A stretch of DNA of 64,000 nt, from NCBI GenBank assembly GCA_948466255.1, contig CAOJZV010000007.1, positions 563 through 64,562 of the forward strand. Reading direction: 5' to 3'. Within the stretch, counting starts at the first letter, position 1. Each line of letters opens with the position of its first letter. Source of the stretch: an uncultured Bacillota bacterium (GTDB lineage Bacteria; Bacillota_I; Bacilli_A; RF39; UBA660). Positions 1-10,016 of the stretch are shown piece after piece. The notes under the pieces are model-generated. The model did no database searches. It worked only from the letters and a program-made list of their open reading frames with translations, and was not told the DNA's origin. A program made the translations under genes and the position numbers.

Positions 1-995
1 TTTTTATAATAGTTGGATCAATAATAGCTTTAATAATATTAAAAACTGACACAAAAAAATACAAAGCTCTTGTCCCACTATTATTTGTAATATTAATAAT
101 TTTAAATATTATTGCTTGGAAATCAGAAGCAACATTAGGATCACATAACTGGATTGATTTAAAATTCATGAAATTACAGCCCAGTGAACCATCAAAAGTT
201 GTCATTATAGCTTTTCTAGCTATTTTATTCGAAAAATACTACCGCAAACTTAGAACCACTAACATACCTCACTACAATATTATTGGTAAAATATTAATAA
301 TTGCCTTAATTATTCCAGCAATAGTTTTCTTACAAAAAGACCTAGGAACATTACTAATAATATTATTTATAATAGGTATAATGCTTCTAGCCAGCCCTAT
401 ACTAAATATTGAAAAACTAAAATATGGTGGTCTGTTATTAATTATCGGAATGTTATGCTTCTTTATTTATAATACTGCAGGTGAAAGTGTATTAAATGAT
501 GCTAGAAAATCTAGATTTGCCTCTTGGTTTGACCCATGCGGACAATACGAATCTGGAGGCTATCAAGTATGTAATAGTTATATTGCCATAAATGATGGTG
601 GACTTACAGGACTAGGTATTGGAAAAAGCAAACAAAAATATTCATATATTCCAGAGCCACATACTGACTCAGCATTCGCTATAATTGCCGAAGAATATGG
701 TATATATAGGTGTATTTTAATCTTTATAGGGTATGGAATCATATTATGGCGTATTCTTTTAATTTCATCGCGTGCATCCACATTAAGAGGAAGATATATG
801 TGTTTAGGAATAGCCAGTTTAGTATTTGCCCATATATTTGTAAATCTAGGCGGAATGTTTGGTTTAATCCCATTAACTGGTGTCCCACTTCCATTCTTTA
901 GCTATGGAGGAAGTTTTGTAATCACCTTGTTAGCTGGGCTTGCTATAGTTCAAAGAGTTAATATCGAAACAAAAAATAAAAAAATAAAAATATAA
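1..995 (+). CDS. FtsW/RodA/SpoVE (SEDS) family peptidoglycan glycosyltransferase, 5' end outside window
   Basis: The reading frame is open from base 3 with no stop. It reads ...GSHNWIDLKFMKLQPSEPSKV, the SEDS 'FQPSE' region. Later motifs include PEPHTDSAFA and a polytopic C-terminus PLTGVPLPFFSYGGS. The ATG at 168 in the ORF track is internal. Confidence 0.85.
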   Translation, partial: FIIVGSIIALIILKTDTKKYKALVPLLFVILIILNIIAWKSEATLGSHNWIDLKFMKLQPSEPSKVVIIAFLAILFEKYYRKLRTTNIPHYNIIGKILIIALIIPAIVFLQKDLGTLLIILFIIGIMLLASPILNIEKLKYGGLLLIIGMLCFFIYNTAGESVLNDARKSRFASWFDPCGQYESGGYQVCNSYIAINDGGLTGLGIGKSKQKYSYIPEPHTDSAFAIIAEEYGIYRCILIFIGYGIILWRILLISSRASTLRGRYMCLGIASLVFAHIFVNLGGMFGLIPLTGVPLPFFSYGGSFVITLLAGLAIVQRVNIETKNKKIKI

Positions 996-1037
996 AATAC
1001 AAAAAATAAAAATTTTTGTATTTTTTTTGATTTTAAC

Positions 1038-1068
1038 AAGGAATTTGCTATACAAATATCGTATATTA
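1038..1068 (+). promoter_or_regulatory. Promoter-like box copy 1: AAGGAATTT-N13-CGTATATTA, 28 nt upstream of the comEA start
   Basis: Read directly from the sequence. It is one of three near-identical boxes; the others are at 4483 and 55995. All have the same 13-nt spacing between AGGAAWWW and CGTATATTA. Confidence 0.5.
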
Positions 1069-1095
1069 CATATGAAGGGGCAAGAAAGGAGAAAA

Positions 1096-1767
1096 ATGAA
1101 CATACAAACATTAATACAAAAACACAAAACAACAATTATATTAACTATTATAATCATAATCTTAATAACCTTAAACTTATATATGCTATGGCTATTAAAT
1201 ACAAACGAAGAAGAAGAACCAGAAATAATCGAAACCAAAGAAGAAATAAAAGAAACAAAGCTTCTAAAAGTAGATATAAAAGGTGAAATAATTCATCCAG
1301 GATTATATGAAGTAAAAGAAGATAGCAGAGTGATGGACATTATAGAAAAAGCCGGAGGATTAACTGGGAATGCTGATACATCTGTTATAAATTTAAGCAA
1401 AAAATTAAAAGATGAAATGGTTATATTAGTATATTCAAAAAAAGAGGTACAAAAATTAAAAGAAAAAGAAGAAACAACCATTACTTGTCCAACTACAAAT
1501 GATGCTTGTATTACTAACGAAGTACAGCAGCCACTAGTAGAAAAGAAAACAACCAAAGATACAAAAACCAAGGAAGAAAAAATATCAATTAATACTGCTA
1601 CTATCGAAGAACTACAAACTCTATCAGGCATAGGTGAGGCAAAAGCTAAAGCTATTATTGAATATAGATATAAAGAAGGTAATTTCAAAACAATAGAAGA
1701 TATCAAAAAAGTAAACGGTATAGGAGAAGCAGCATTTGAAAAAATCAAAAACAACATCACTATTTAA
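1096..1767 (+). CDS. comEA: Competence protein ComEA (membrane-anchored DNA receptor; SLBB domain plus tandem helix-hairpin-helix)
   Basis: Start chosen at the ATG after RBS AAAGGAG. N-terminal TM helix. SLBB-like segment VDIKGEIIHPGLYEV...GG. C-terminal HhH segment INTATIEELQTLSGIGEAKAKAIIEYR...IEDIKKVNGIGEAAFEKIK. The 1027 start in the ORF track is an artefact of reading through the promoter box. Confidence 0.85.
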   Translation: MNIQTLIQKHKTTIILTIIIIILITLNLYMLWLLNTNEEEEPEIIETKEEIKETKLLKVDIKGEIIHPGLYEVKEDSRVMDIIEKAGGLTGNADTSVINLSKKLKDEMVILVYSKKEVQKLKEKEETTITCPTTNDACITNEVQQPLVEKKTTKDTKTKEEKISINTATIEELQTLSGIGEAKAKAIIEYRYKEGNFKTIEDIKKVNGIGEAAFEKIKNNITI

Positions 1768-3793
1768 AATAATAAGTATAACCGCATTAATATTAGGAAT
1801 AATAAATGTCATTTGTAACTACAATACAACACCGAAAAGTAAATATAATAAAGATACAACAGAAATAGCAGGTATAATCACAAATTGCACTAAAACAGAT
1901 TACAATTATCAAATAACAATAAAAGGAAGAGAAAATACCATAATTAATTATTCAAAAGAATTTAAATGCAAATTAGGAATCAAAATAAAAGCAACCGGCA
2001 CTTTAGAAAAACCAAACACCAATACAATTTTCAATGGATTTAGTTATCAAAAATACTTACTAAGTAAAAAAATAAATTATATATTTAAATCAGATAAAAT
2101 AAAAATAGTAAACCAAAATACCAATATCCTATATAAACTAAAAAATAACCTCCAAAATAGAATAAATACATATAAAAGTAAAAACTATTTAAACACATTT
2201 ATATTAGGCAATAGTAAAAATATTGAAGAAGAAATAATAAATAGCTATCAGATTAACGGTATAAGTCATTTACTTGCCATATCAGGAATGCATATCACCT
2301 TATTATCTAGCCTGATATTACTAATTTTAAATAAAATAAACAAAAATAAAAAATTAAATTATATAATCGTAATAATTCTTCTGCTTTTTTATATGTTTTT
2401 AACAAACTTCTCACCATCAGTCGTAAGAGCAACCCTAATGTTTATAATTTTAACAATCAAAAACAGTTTAAATATAAAAATAAATACTTTATACGTACTT
2501 TTTCTAATATGCGGATTATATTTAATTTATAACCCATATATGATTTACCACATTGGTTTCCTATTTTCCTTTATCATAACTTTTTATCTAATATTATTCA
2601 GTAATTTAATAAACAAATATAAAAACTATCTAACAAAAACTTTCATAATTTCATTCATAGCTTTTTTAGCAAGTTTACCAATCCAAATAAATAATTTTTT
2701 CAGCATAAATATACTTTCACCACTAATAAACATTTTATTTGTTCCGCTAGTATCATTCATTATATATCCATTTTCACTTCTTGCATTAATAATTAAGCCA
2801 TTAGATATAATCCTTTTTAACTTAATTACATTAATGGAGAATTTATCTATTATTCTTACAAATATCAATATAAATATAATTCTAAAACATATAAATATTA
2901 TTTTCATAATCATTTACTATCTAATAATAACCTATACATTATACCAATTAAACAAAAATAAATTAAAAGGCTTAATAATTTTAATAATTGTCTTAATAAT
3001 TCATACAAATATTAATTATATAGAAAAAGATCCAACTTTAACTATGATAGATGTAGGACAAGGTGACTGCCTTTTAATAAAATTAGATCATAATAAAGGA
3101 AATATCTTAATTGACACAGGAGGCCAAATAAATTTTAACAATAAAAAACCATATGATATAGCTAAAAACAAAATAATTCCTTATTTAAAATCAGAAGGAA
3201 TAAAAAAATTAGATTATTTAATTTTAACCCATGGAGATTTTGATCACGCAGGTATGGCGATAAATTTAATAAAAAATTTCAAAATAAATAATATTTTGTT
3301 GAATCATAAAAATAATAATTTAGAAAAACAAATTATAGCAAAAGCAATTAAACATAAAATAAAATATAAAAATATAAACGAAGCCACTTTAAAAATAAAG
3401 GATATAAAACTTAATTTTCTAAGTAGTCAAAAATCATCTAGTGAAAATGATGATAGTTTAATTATTTATACAAAAATCGGCAAGCAGAATATATTATTAA
3501 TGGGAGATGCAGGAGAGGAAAGAGAAAAACATATTTTAAATACATATAATTTAAAATATGTGGATATACTAAAAGTAGGTCATCATGGTTCCAAAACCAG
3601 TACATCTCCTGAGCTTATAAAAAAAACAAGGCCTAAAATAAGCTTAATTTCCGCAGGTAAAAATAATTTGTATGGTCACCCCCATAGACAAACACTAAAA
3701 AAACTAAAGAATAGTAAAATTTTAATTACCCAAAAAGATGGCTCAGTAAAAATAAATCTAAATACAGGAGCCATCTTAACTATTGCCCGCTAA
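1736..3793 (+). CDS. comEC: DNA internalisation competence protein ComEC/Rec2 (polytopic channel plus C-terminal metallo-beta-lactamase domain)
   Basis: Competence domain region GISHLLAISGMHI. Many TM helices. C-terminal MBL motifs MIDVGQGDC, LTHGDFDHAGM and GHHGS. Overlaps the end of comEA, so it looks operonic. Confidence 0.85.
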   Translation: MKKSKTTSLFKIISITALILGIINVICNYNTTPKSKYNKDTTEIAGIITNCTKTDYNYQITIKGRENTIINYSKEFKCKLGIKIKATGTLEKPNTNTIFNGFSYQKYLLSKKINYIFKSDKIKIVNQNTNILYKLKNNLQNRINTYKSKNYLNTFILGNSKNIEEEIINSYQINGISHLLAISGMHITLLSSLILLILNKINKNKKLNYIIVIILLLFYMFLTNFSPSVVRATLMFIILTIKNSLNIKINTLYVLFLICGLYLIYNPYMIYHIGFLFSFIITFYLILFSNLINKYKNYLTKTFIISFIAFLASLPIQINNFFSINILSPLINILFVPLVSFIIYPFSLLALIIKPLDIILFNLITLMENLSIILTNININIILKHINIIFIIIYYLIITYTLYQLNKNKLKGLIILIIVLIIHTNINYIEKDPTLTMIDVGQGDCLLIKLDHNKGNILIDTGGQINFNNKKPYDIAKNKIIPYLKSEGIKKLDYLILTHGDFDHAGMAINLIKNFKINNILLNHKNNNLEKQIIAKAIKHKIKYKNINEATLKIKDIKLNFLSSQKSSSENDDSLIIYTKIGKQNILLMGDAGEEREKHILNTYNLKYVDILKVGHHGSKTSTSPELIKKTRPKISLISAGKNNLYGHPHRQTLKKLKNSKILITQKDGSVKINLNTGAILTIAR

Positions 3794-3816
3794 TGCTTTT
3801 AGCGTTTATATAGATT

Positions 3817-3838
3817 AGTCCCTTTATAGGGGCTTTTT
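3817..3838 (+). terminator. Rho-independent terminator after comEC
   Basis: AGTCCCT-TTAT-AGGGGCT, a 7-bp stem with one G.U pair, followed by TTTTT. Confidence 0.6.
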
Positions 3839-3878
3839 ATTGACTATAAATTAGAAAAATGTTAAAATATCTATCACA

Positions 3879-4415
3879 TCAAACATTATAAGTATTAAGT
3901 CCATACTTTTCATTAGTAGGGTCAAAAAACAAATCATTTATAGGTGGATAATACGTAAGCAATCCAAAGACAATATAAACAAGTATAATTCCTACCACAC
4001 AAACTATATTTAATTTTGGTAAATTATCAGATTTTAAAATAAAATAGCTTATAATTTGACTAATAATAATAGTTAAAAACAAAAAGCCAATGTTTATAAC
4101 CATATTTTCACCTATCAAATAATAAAATGGTAAATAAATAACCAAAAAAACAGGAATACTTAATAATGCCGAAATAAATAGGCTAACCAAAAAATTATTC
4201 CTTTTTTGTTTAAAAAATTTCAAAACAAAATAATCAATAATACCATATACAACAATCGCACTAAATAACATTTTCATATGTTCAAAGATACTTTCATTAA
4301 CCGGAAAGAAAATACTAAATAAAGTATTAGGAAACCAATCATACATAAAATGAAATGGAAAACATAAAATAAAAATTCCCAAAATAGCTGAGATTTTAAT
4401 CCATTTTAAAGTCAT
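3879..4415 (-). CDS. Small polytopic membrane protein (DUF6512-like, tentative)
   Basis: 178 aa with five or six hydrophobic helices. The FPVNESIFEHMKM motif recalls the DUF6512 family. No other recognisable motif. Confidence 0.4.
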   Translation of the reverse strand: MTLKWIKISAILGIFILCFPFHFMYDWFPNTLFSIFFPVNESIFEHMKMLFSAIVVYGIIDYFVLKFFKQKRNNFLVSLFISALLSIPVFLVIYLPFYYLIGENMVINIGFLFLTIIISQIISYFILKSDNLPKLNIVCVVGIILVYIVFGLLTYYPPINDLFFDPTNEKYGLNTYNV

Positions 4416-4482
4416 AAAACACCTCTTTTTATGATTATTATACGAAAAAATTAAAAAAATATGATTTTTTTTGTAGAAAAAA

Positions 4483-4513
4483 AAGGAAATAGGGGTACAA
4501 ATATCGTATATTA
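4483..4513 (+). promoter_or_regulatory. Promoter-like box copy 2: AAGGAAATA-N13-CGTATATTA, 24 nt upstream of the dnaG start
   Basis: Read directly. The segment ACAAATATCGTATATTA is identical to copy 1. Confidence 0.5.
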
Positions 4514-4536
4514 TATATAGGGGAGCATGATGTTTA

Positions 4537-6273
4537 ATGAATTACTTAAGTCAAGAAAAAATAAAAGAAATAAGAGATAGCGTCGACATAGTAGATGTAA
4601 TTTCTAATTATGTTTCACTTACACCAAAAGGTAAAAACTACTTTGGTGTATGTCCATTTCACGATGATAATAATCCAAGTATGAGTGTTAATAGAGATAA
4701 AAAAATATATAAATGTTTCTCATGTGGGGCAACAGGAACAGTATTTAAGTTCATAATGGATTATGAAAATATTACATTTATAGAGGCCGTTAAAAAGGTT
4801 GCCGATTTTGGTGGATTAAATATAAATATTGGAAACATCCCCAAAATAAAAACTAATAATAAATTATACGAAATATATGATTTAAGTTTAAAATTTTATA
4901 TAAATAATATAAACACAGCTGCTGGTAAAGAAGCAAAAGAATACTTAAATAAAAGAAATATAAATGAAGAAATAATTAAAGAATTTCAAATTGGACTAGC
5001 CCTTAACGATAAAGACAAGCTATCACAATTATTATTAAAAAGATTTGACGAAAAAGATGTATTAAAAAGCGCTTTAGTAAATAAAAATGCATATGGGTAT
5101 TTAGATTTATTCTATGACCGTATATTATTCCCACTTCATGACTTAAAAGGTAATGTAATTGCTTATAGCGGAAGAATATATAATAGAGAAGATAATTCAA
5201 AATATTTTAATACAAGAGAAACAGAAATTTTTAAAAAAGGAGAAATCCTTTATAATTATCACCGAGCTAAAGATATTGCAAGACAAAAAAATCAAGTCAT
5301 AATTATGGAAGGATTTATGGATGTCATAAGAGCTTACACAATAGGCGTTAAAAATGTAGTCGCCACAATGGGAACAGCAGTCACTAAAGAACAAGCAACA
5401 TTAATCAAAAAAATGGCAAAAGAAATAATCTTATGTTTTGATGGAGATGAAGCCGGTGCTAAAGCTACAATGGCCTGTGCTGATGAATTAATCAAACTTG
5501 GTGTTACCCCAAAAGTTATTAGGTTAGATCATAATATGGACCCAGATGAATACATCACAAAATATGGAAAAGATTTTGAAACAAAAATCAATAATCCAAT
5601 TAATATTATGGATTTCAAACTACAATATTTAAAACATGATAAAAACCTTTCAAGCACAGTAGATGAAGCTAAATATGTAAATGAAGCAATCAAAGAAATT
5701 CAAAAAATAGATGACGATATTCTAAAAGAACTAACAATTAAAAAAATAACCCAAGAAACAAATCTAGATGAAAGTATTATTAGAAATAAAATCACACCTA
5801 ATAAAACTAAAATTAAAAAAACGCCAAAATCAAAAACAAAAACTAATACAAAAATAGATAAATACGAAATAGCCCAGAGAAATTTAATTTTTTATATGTT
5901 AAGAAGTCCAGAAGTAATAAAAATGTACAATAATAAAGTAACATATATGCCAAAAGAAGAATATCGAATGCTTGCCAGAGAAATAAAAATATTCTATAAT
6001 AACGAAGGCTATATCAAAGAAGCTGATTTAATAGATTCAGTTGAATGTGATGAAGATGTATTAAAAGCTCTTAGTAAAGTTGAAGAAGCAAATTTAAACG
6101 AAAAATATTCAATAGAGGAAATAGAAGATTATATTAAAGTAATTAGAGATTACAACGTAAAAAATGAAATAAAAAGACTAACAGCAAAAATGAAAGATGA
6201 ATTAGACCCAATAAAAAAAGCTGAAGTCGCACAAAAAATAATAGATTTAAAAAAGGAGAGTAACAATGTTTAA
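4537..6273 (+). CDS. dnaG: DNA primase
   Basis: CHC2 zinc finger [13 protein letters not shown]...CFSCG. Toprim motifs EGFMDV and FDGDEAG. Classic dnaG-sigA synteny. Confidence 0.95.
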   Translation: MNYLSQEKIKEIRDSVDIVDVISNYVSLTPKGKNYFGVCPFHDDNNPSMSVNRDKKIYKCFSCGATGTVFKFIMDYENITFIEAVKKVADFGGLNINIGNIPKIKTNNKLYEIYDLSLKFYINNINTAAGKEAKEYLNKRNINEEIIKEFQIGLALNDKDKLSQLLLKRFDEKDVLKSALVNKNAYGYLDLFYDRILFPLHDLKGNVIAYSGRIYNREDNSKYFNTRETEIFKKGEILYNYHRAKDIARQKNQVIIMEGFMDVIRAYTIGVKNVVATMGTAVTKEQATLIKKMAKEIILCFDGDEAGAKATMACADELIKLGVTPKVIRLDHNMDPDEYITKYGKDFETKINNPINIMDFKLQYLKHDKNLSSTVDEAKYVNEAIKEIQKIDDDILKELTIKKITQETNLDESIIRNKITPNKTKIKKTPKSKTKTNTKIDKYEIAQRNLIFYMLRSPEVIKMYNNKVTYMPKEEYRMLAREIKIFYNNEGYIKEADLIDSVECDEDVLKALSKVEEANLNEKYSIEEIEDYIKVIRDYNVKNEIKRLTAKMKDELDPIKKAEVAQKIIDLKKESNNV

Positions 6274-7339
6274 TGAAATTAAAACTTTTGAAGATAGAAA
6301 ACAAGAATTAATCAAAATAGGAAAGAAAAAAGGACAAATAACTTATGAAGAATTAGCAGACAAATTAAAAGGACTAGAACTAGATGCAGATTCATTAGAT
6401 GATTTATATAATGCATTAAGTGAAAATGGTATTGGAATTGTATCAGCTAACCCTGATGATAATGACGATACAACCGCTGATGACACAGAAACACTAACAA
6501 AAGATTTAACAATCAACGACCCAGTAAGAATGTATTTAAAAGAAATTGGACAAATTAAACTTTTAACCACCGAAGAAGAAGCAGAACTTGCTGACCGTAT
6601 CGTTGAAGGTGATGAAAGCGCTAAAGCAACACTTGCCGAAGCAAATCTACGTCTAGTTGTTAGTATTGCAAAAAGATATGTTGGAAGAGGAATGTTATTC
6701 CTAGATTTAATCCAAGAAGGAAATATAGGTCTTATGAAAGCCGTAGAAAAATTTGACGTAACCAAAGGATATAAATTTTCAACATATGCTACCTGGTGGA
6801 TTAGACAAGCTATTACAAGAGCAATCGCCGATCAAGCTAGAACAATAAGAGTTCCTGTACATATGGTAGAAACAATAAACAAACTAGCTAGAGTAGAAAG
6901 GCAACTAACTCTAGAATTAAATAGAGAACCAACCGAAGAAGAACTTTCTAAAAAAATGGGTACATCAGTAGAAAAAATCAGAGATATTTATAAAATTAGT
7001 CAAGAACCAGTTAGTTTAGAAACTCCAATAGGGGAAGAAGATGACTCACATTTAGGTGATTTCATTCCAGATGAAACAAATATGAGTCCAGAGGACTTTG
7101 CTGTAAATGAACTTTTAAAAGATGAAATATCAGAAGTTTTACTAACATTAACCGAAAGAGAAGAAAAAGTAATCAGACTTCGCTTTGGCTTAGAAGATGG
7201 TAGACCAAGAACTTTAGAAGAAGTCGGACAACTATTTGGCGTAACCAGAGAACGTATAAGACAAATAGAAGCAAAAGCACTTAGAAAATTACGTCATCCA
7301 TCTAGAAGTAGAAAATTAAAAGACTACTTAGGAGATTAA
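6266..7339 (+). CDS. sigA: Primary RNA polymerase sigma factor SigA/RpoD
   Basis: Region 2 [28 protein letters not shown]. Region 4.2 [29 protein letters not shown]. Acidic N-terminal region 1. Confidence 0.97.
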   Translation: MFNEIKTFEDRKQELIKIGKKKGQITYEELADKLKGLELDADSLDDLYNALSENGIGIVSANPDDNDDTTADDTETLTKDLTINDPVRMYLKEIGQIKLLTTEEEAELADRIVEGDESAKATLAEANLRLVVSIAKRYVGRGMLFLDLIQEGNIGLMKAVEKFDVTKGYKFSTYATWWIRQAITRAIADQARTIRVPVHMVETINKLARVERQLTLELNREPTEEELSKKMGTSVEKIRDIYKISQEPVSLETPIGEEDDSHLGDFIPDETNMSPEDFAVNELLKDEISEVLLTLTEREEKVIRLRFGLEDGRPRTLEEVGQLFGVTRERIRQIEAKALRKLRHPSRSRKLKDYLGD

Positions 7340-7953
7340 TGAAACTTTCCAAAAGATTAAAATCAATTTGCGACTTTGTTCCAAATAATTCAAAAATAAT
7401 AGATATAGGTGCTGATCACGCTTTAGTTGATATATATTTAACAAAAGAAAAAAATTGTAAATGTCTAGCCACTGATATTTCCGAAAAATGCATCAAAAAA
7501 GCAAAAGAAAATATAAAAAAATATAATGTAAATGTAAAGACAAAAGTAACCGACGGATTAAACGGAATAAATATTAAAAATGAAATTATCCTAATTTCTG
7601 GCATGGGCACTCACAATATATTAAAAATATTAAATAAAAACATTAAAAATGATTTAATAATAAGCTCACATAACGATATTCCGCTTTTACATAAAAAACT
7701 TCAAAAAAGAGGATACCGTATTAAAAACGAGCAAGTAATTTATGATAAACATTTTTACATTATAACCTATTACGAACAAAAAAAGCACAAAAAACAAAAT
7801 AATTATCTAACAGAATTTATAAAAGATAAAGAATATACTAAATACTTACTAAAAAAATATGAAATTAAATATAAAAATGAAAAAAATATCATAAAAAAAC
7901 TAAATTATTATAAAATAATCAAAAAATTAAACAAAAAATCTACAAATAAGTAG
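7339..7953 (+). CDS. trmK: tRNA (adenine22-N1)-methyltransferase TrmK (YqfN family)
   Basis: N-terminus LSKRLKSICDFVPNNSKIIDIGADHALVDIYL is typical of TrmK. It sits immediately after sigA, as in Bacillus. Confidence 0.7.
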   Translation: MKLSKRLKSICDFVPNNSKIIDIGADHALVDIYLTKEKNCKCLATDISEKCIKKAKENIKKYNVNVKTKVTDGLNGINIKNEIILISGMGTHNILKILNKNIKNDLIISSHNDIPLLHKKLQKRGYRIKNEQVIYDKHFYIITYYEQKKHKKQNNYLTEFIKDKEYTKYLLKKYEIKYKNEKNIIKKLNYYKIIKKLNKKSTNK

Positions 7954-7959
7954 ATTTTT

Positions 7960-8310
7960 TTAAGCAAAAAATGTTGGCCCACCAGATACATAATTATTTT
8001 CATTAGTATCTATAGAATTATCAGGCATTATATTATTAGAATCACTAGTATTATTAGAACTCTCAGTTGGGGTATCAACTTTTTTGAACTCATTCATGAC
8101 TTTAAACATAGTTTTTGCATTTCTCATAACAGGAGTTACTTGTTTAACAAGTGGAATAGCTTGATTTACAAGGCCTAATGTTCTTTGAGTACCATTAATA
8201 ATAGAAGTTAAAGTAATACCTCTTCCTGCACCTCTAGATAATAATCCAAAAAGTCCAGGACGAGCCGCAGTCATAGGAGCCATCATATAATATGGGTTAT
8301 AGTAATTCAT
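7960..8310 (-). CDS. YqfQ/VrrA-like small protein (tentative)
   Basis: 116 aa. The central segment LGLVNQAIPLVKQVTPVMRNAKTMFKVMNEF resembles the YqfQ family. Its position near sigA/trmK mirrors the Bacillus yqf region. Confidence 0.4.
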   Translation of the reverse strand: MNYYNPYYMMAPMTAARPGLFGLLSRGAGRGITLTSIINGTQRTLGLVNQAIPLVKQVTPVMRNAKTMFKVMNEFKKVDTPTESSNNTSDSNNIMPDNSIDTNENNYVSGGPTFFA

Positions 8311-8424
8311 TTTTATTACCCCTTTCTAACATATTATATGTTTTTAAAAAAAAATGTTTTATTTCTTAATAAAAATATGTTATAATTATCTATAGTAAAG
8401 AATAACGAGGGATAGGTGAGTGTC

Positions 8425-10005
8425 ATGCTTAATATTTTACTTGCGCCATGCAAAGCTATATATCATTTTATAAAATATTTCTTTAAAGGCCTTTTAGTAA
8501 TACCTAAAGCAATTATAAGCATGATAAATTTAATTCTAATAAAACCTTTTAAAAAAAGCAATAAACCCAAAACTAAGAAAAAAGAAAATAAAGATATTAA
8601 TACAAAATTAAATGATTTTGGAGAAAATATCATTTCATCAACCCAAAATGCCGCAGACTTTATAGATAAACAAAGCAATAAAATTTCCTTTGTAAAAGAA
8701 GCAAAAGAAGCTAAAATTGAAAAAATGGGTGAAATGAAAATAAATTTTGATAGTGAAGATGCAAAAAAATCAAAAGAAAAAATAACATACGCATATACCG
8801 TTAAAGATAGAGAAGGGCAAACCTTAAAAGGTTATTTTGATGCCTATTCAAAAGTTGAAGTTCATTCATATTTAGTTAGTGAAGGATATACTGTTTATGA
8901 TATAAAAACATCAAAATTAATACAATTTTTCCATGGATCCAAAAATTCATTCAATGGAAAATTTAAAACAAAAGATTTAATATTCCTTTTAGCTCAACTA
9001 TCTACTTATTTAAAAGCAGGTATTCCACTTGCTGATTCAGTTAAAATACTAACAAGACAATTTAGTAAAAATCGTGTTTATAAAAAAATACTTGATGGAG
9101 TAGTATATGATTTATCCATTGGGCAAAGTTTCAGTGAAGCATTAAGCAATCAAGGAGAAGCATTCCCAAGATTATTAATCAATATGGTAAAAACGTCAGA
9201 ATTAACTGGAGAACTCCCTGAAACACTAGATGACATGGAAGAATATTATACCGAAGCTGAAGCAACAAGAAAAGCAATGGTAAGTGCAATGATGTATCCA
9301 GTAATTATCTTCATAATAGCCATTGCTGTTGGAACATTTATAATGCTATACGTAGTTCCAAAATTTGTAGAAATATATGAAAGTATGGATTCGGCTGAAA
9401 TTCCTGGAATAACATTATTTGTATTATGGTTAAGTGATTTCTTAAGCACATATATTATTTGGATAGGTTTAGCAGTCGTTGTATTAATACTATTATTCAT
9501 GTATTTATACCGTAATGTAAAATCATTTAGAACTAGTATTCAATGGTTGATAATGCATACCCCAGGTTTCGGAAATGTTGTAATTTACAACGAAGTAACA
9601 ATGTTTACAAAAACATTTGCTTCATTATTAGCCCATAATGTGTTCATTACAGATAGTATGGATATTTTAAATAAAGTAAGTAACAATGAAATTTATAAAT
9701 TAATGATATTAGAAGCTATTAACAACATCTCAAAAGGAGGAAAAGTTTCAGATGCCTTCAAAGATCAGTGGGCTTTTCCAATCCCTGCCTACGAAATGAT
9801 AGTTACAGGTGAAAAAACGGGACAACTACCAGAAATGATGCAAAAAGTAGCAGATTATTATCAAGATTTACACAAAAACGCCGTTAGCCGTATAAAAACA
9901 TTTATTGAACCAGTAATGATTATTTTATTAACTGTAATGGTTGGTGTAATCGTTCTATCAATCGTTATCCCAATGTTTAATATGTACAGTGCTATTCAGC
10001 AATAA
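8425..10005 (+). CDS. Type II secretion / type IV pilus platform protein (GspF/PilC/ComGB family) with an unusually long N-terminal extension
   Basis: Two GspF-type repeats (FLLAQLSTYLKAGIPLADSV... and FTKTFASLLAHNVFITDSM...) and three TM helices. ATG at 8425 after AGGTGA; the ORF track starts at a GTG at 8416. About 120 extra N-terminal residues including a hydrophobic stretch. Confidence 0.8.
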   Translation: MLNILLAPCKAIYHFIKYFFKGLLVIPKAIISMINLILIKPFKKSNKPKTKKKENKDINTKLNDFGENIISSTQNAADFIDKQSNKISFVKEAKEAKIEKMGEMKINFDSEDAKKSKEKITYAYTVKDREGQTLKGYFDAYSKVEVHSYLVSEGYTVYDIKTSKLIQFFHGSKNSFNGKFKTKDLIFLLAQLSTYLKAGIPLADSVKILTRQFSKNRVYKKILDGVVYDLSIGQSFSEALSNQGEAFPRLLINMVKTSELTGELPETLDDMEEYYTEAEATRKAMVSAMMYPVIIFIIAIAVGTFIMLYVVPKFVEIYESMDSAEIPGITLFVLWLSDFLSTYIIWIGLAVVVLILLFMYLYRNVKSFRTSIQWLIMHTPGFGNVVIYNEVTMFTKTFASLLAHNVFITDSMDILNKVSNNEIYKLMILEAINNISKGGKVSDAFKDQWAFPIPAYEMIVTGEKTGQLPEMMQKVADYYQDLHKNAVSRIKTFIEPVMIILLTVMVGVIVLSIVIPMFNMYSAIQQ

Positions 10006-10016
10006 GGAGAGTATTA

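Noticed and set aside
1027-1095. N-terminal extensions in the ORF track for comEA (MILTRNLLYKYRILHMK...) and for the DUF1016 gene at 56002 (MIYKYRILYMK...) that look like a conserved peptide.
   Set aside because: The shared peptide is just the translation of the conserved promoter-like box. Both genes have a proper RBS and ATG further downstream, at 1096 and 56077.
6343-6765. 140-aa ORF antisense to sigA. Similar antisense or shadow ORFs occur at 578-781, 930-1238, 1293-1760, 2626-2913, 5003-5394, 7416-7610, 8463-8678, 9246-9500, 10372-10635, 11617-11991, 16187-16429, 17548-17781, 21504-21947, 24320-24879, 25012-25215, 28028-28291, 36343-36531, 38448-38902, 39847-40041, 44001-44201, 48044-48271, 48809-49530, 49931-50368, 51648-51839, 53143-53478, 56114-56356, 58558-59106 and 61937-62206.
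   Set aside because: Each lies entirely inside a longer ORF on the opposite strand, or in another frame, that has clear family motifs. They have low-complexity or Ser/Ile/Phe-rich composition and no ribosome-binding sites. This is typical of AT-rich DNA, where stop codons are rare on the antisense strand.
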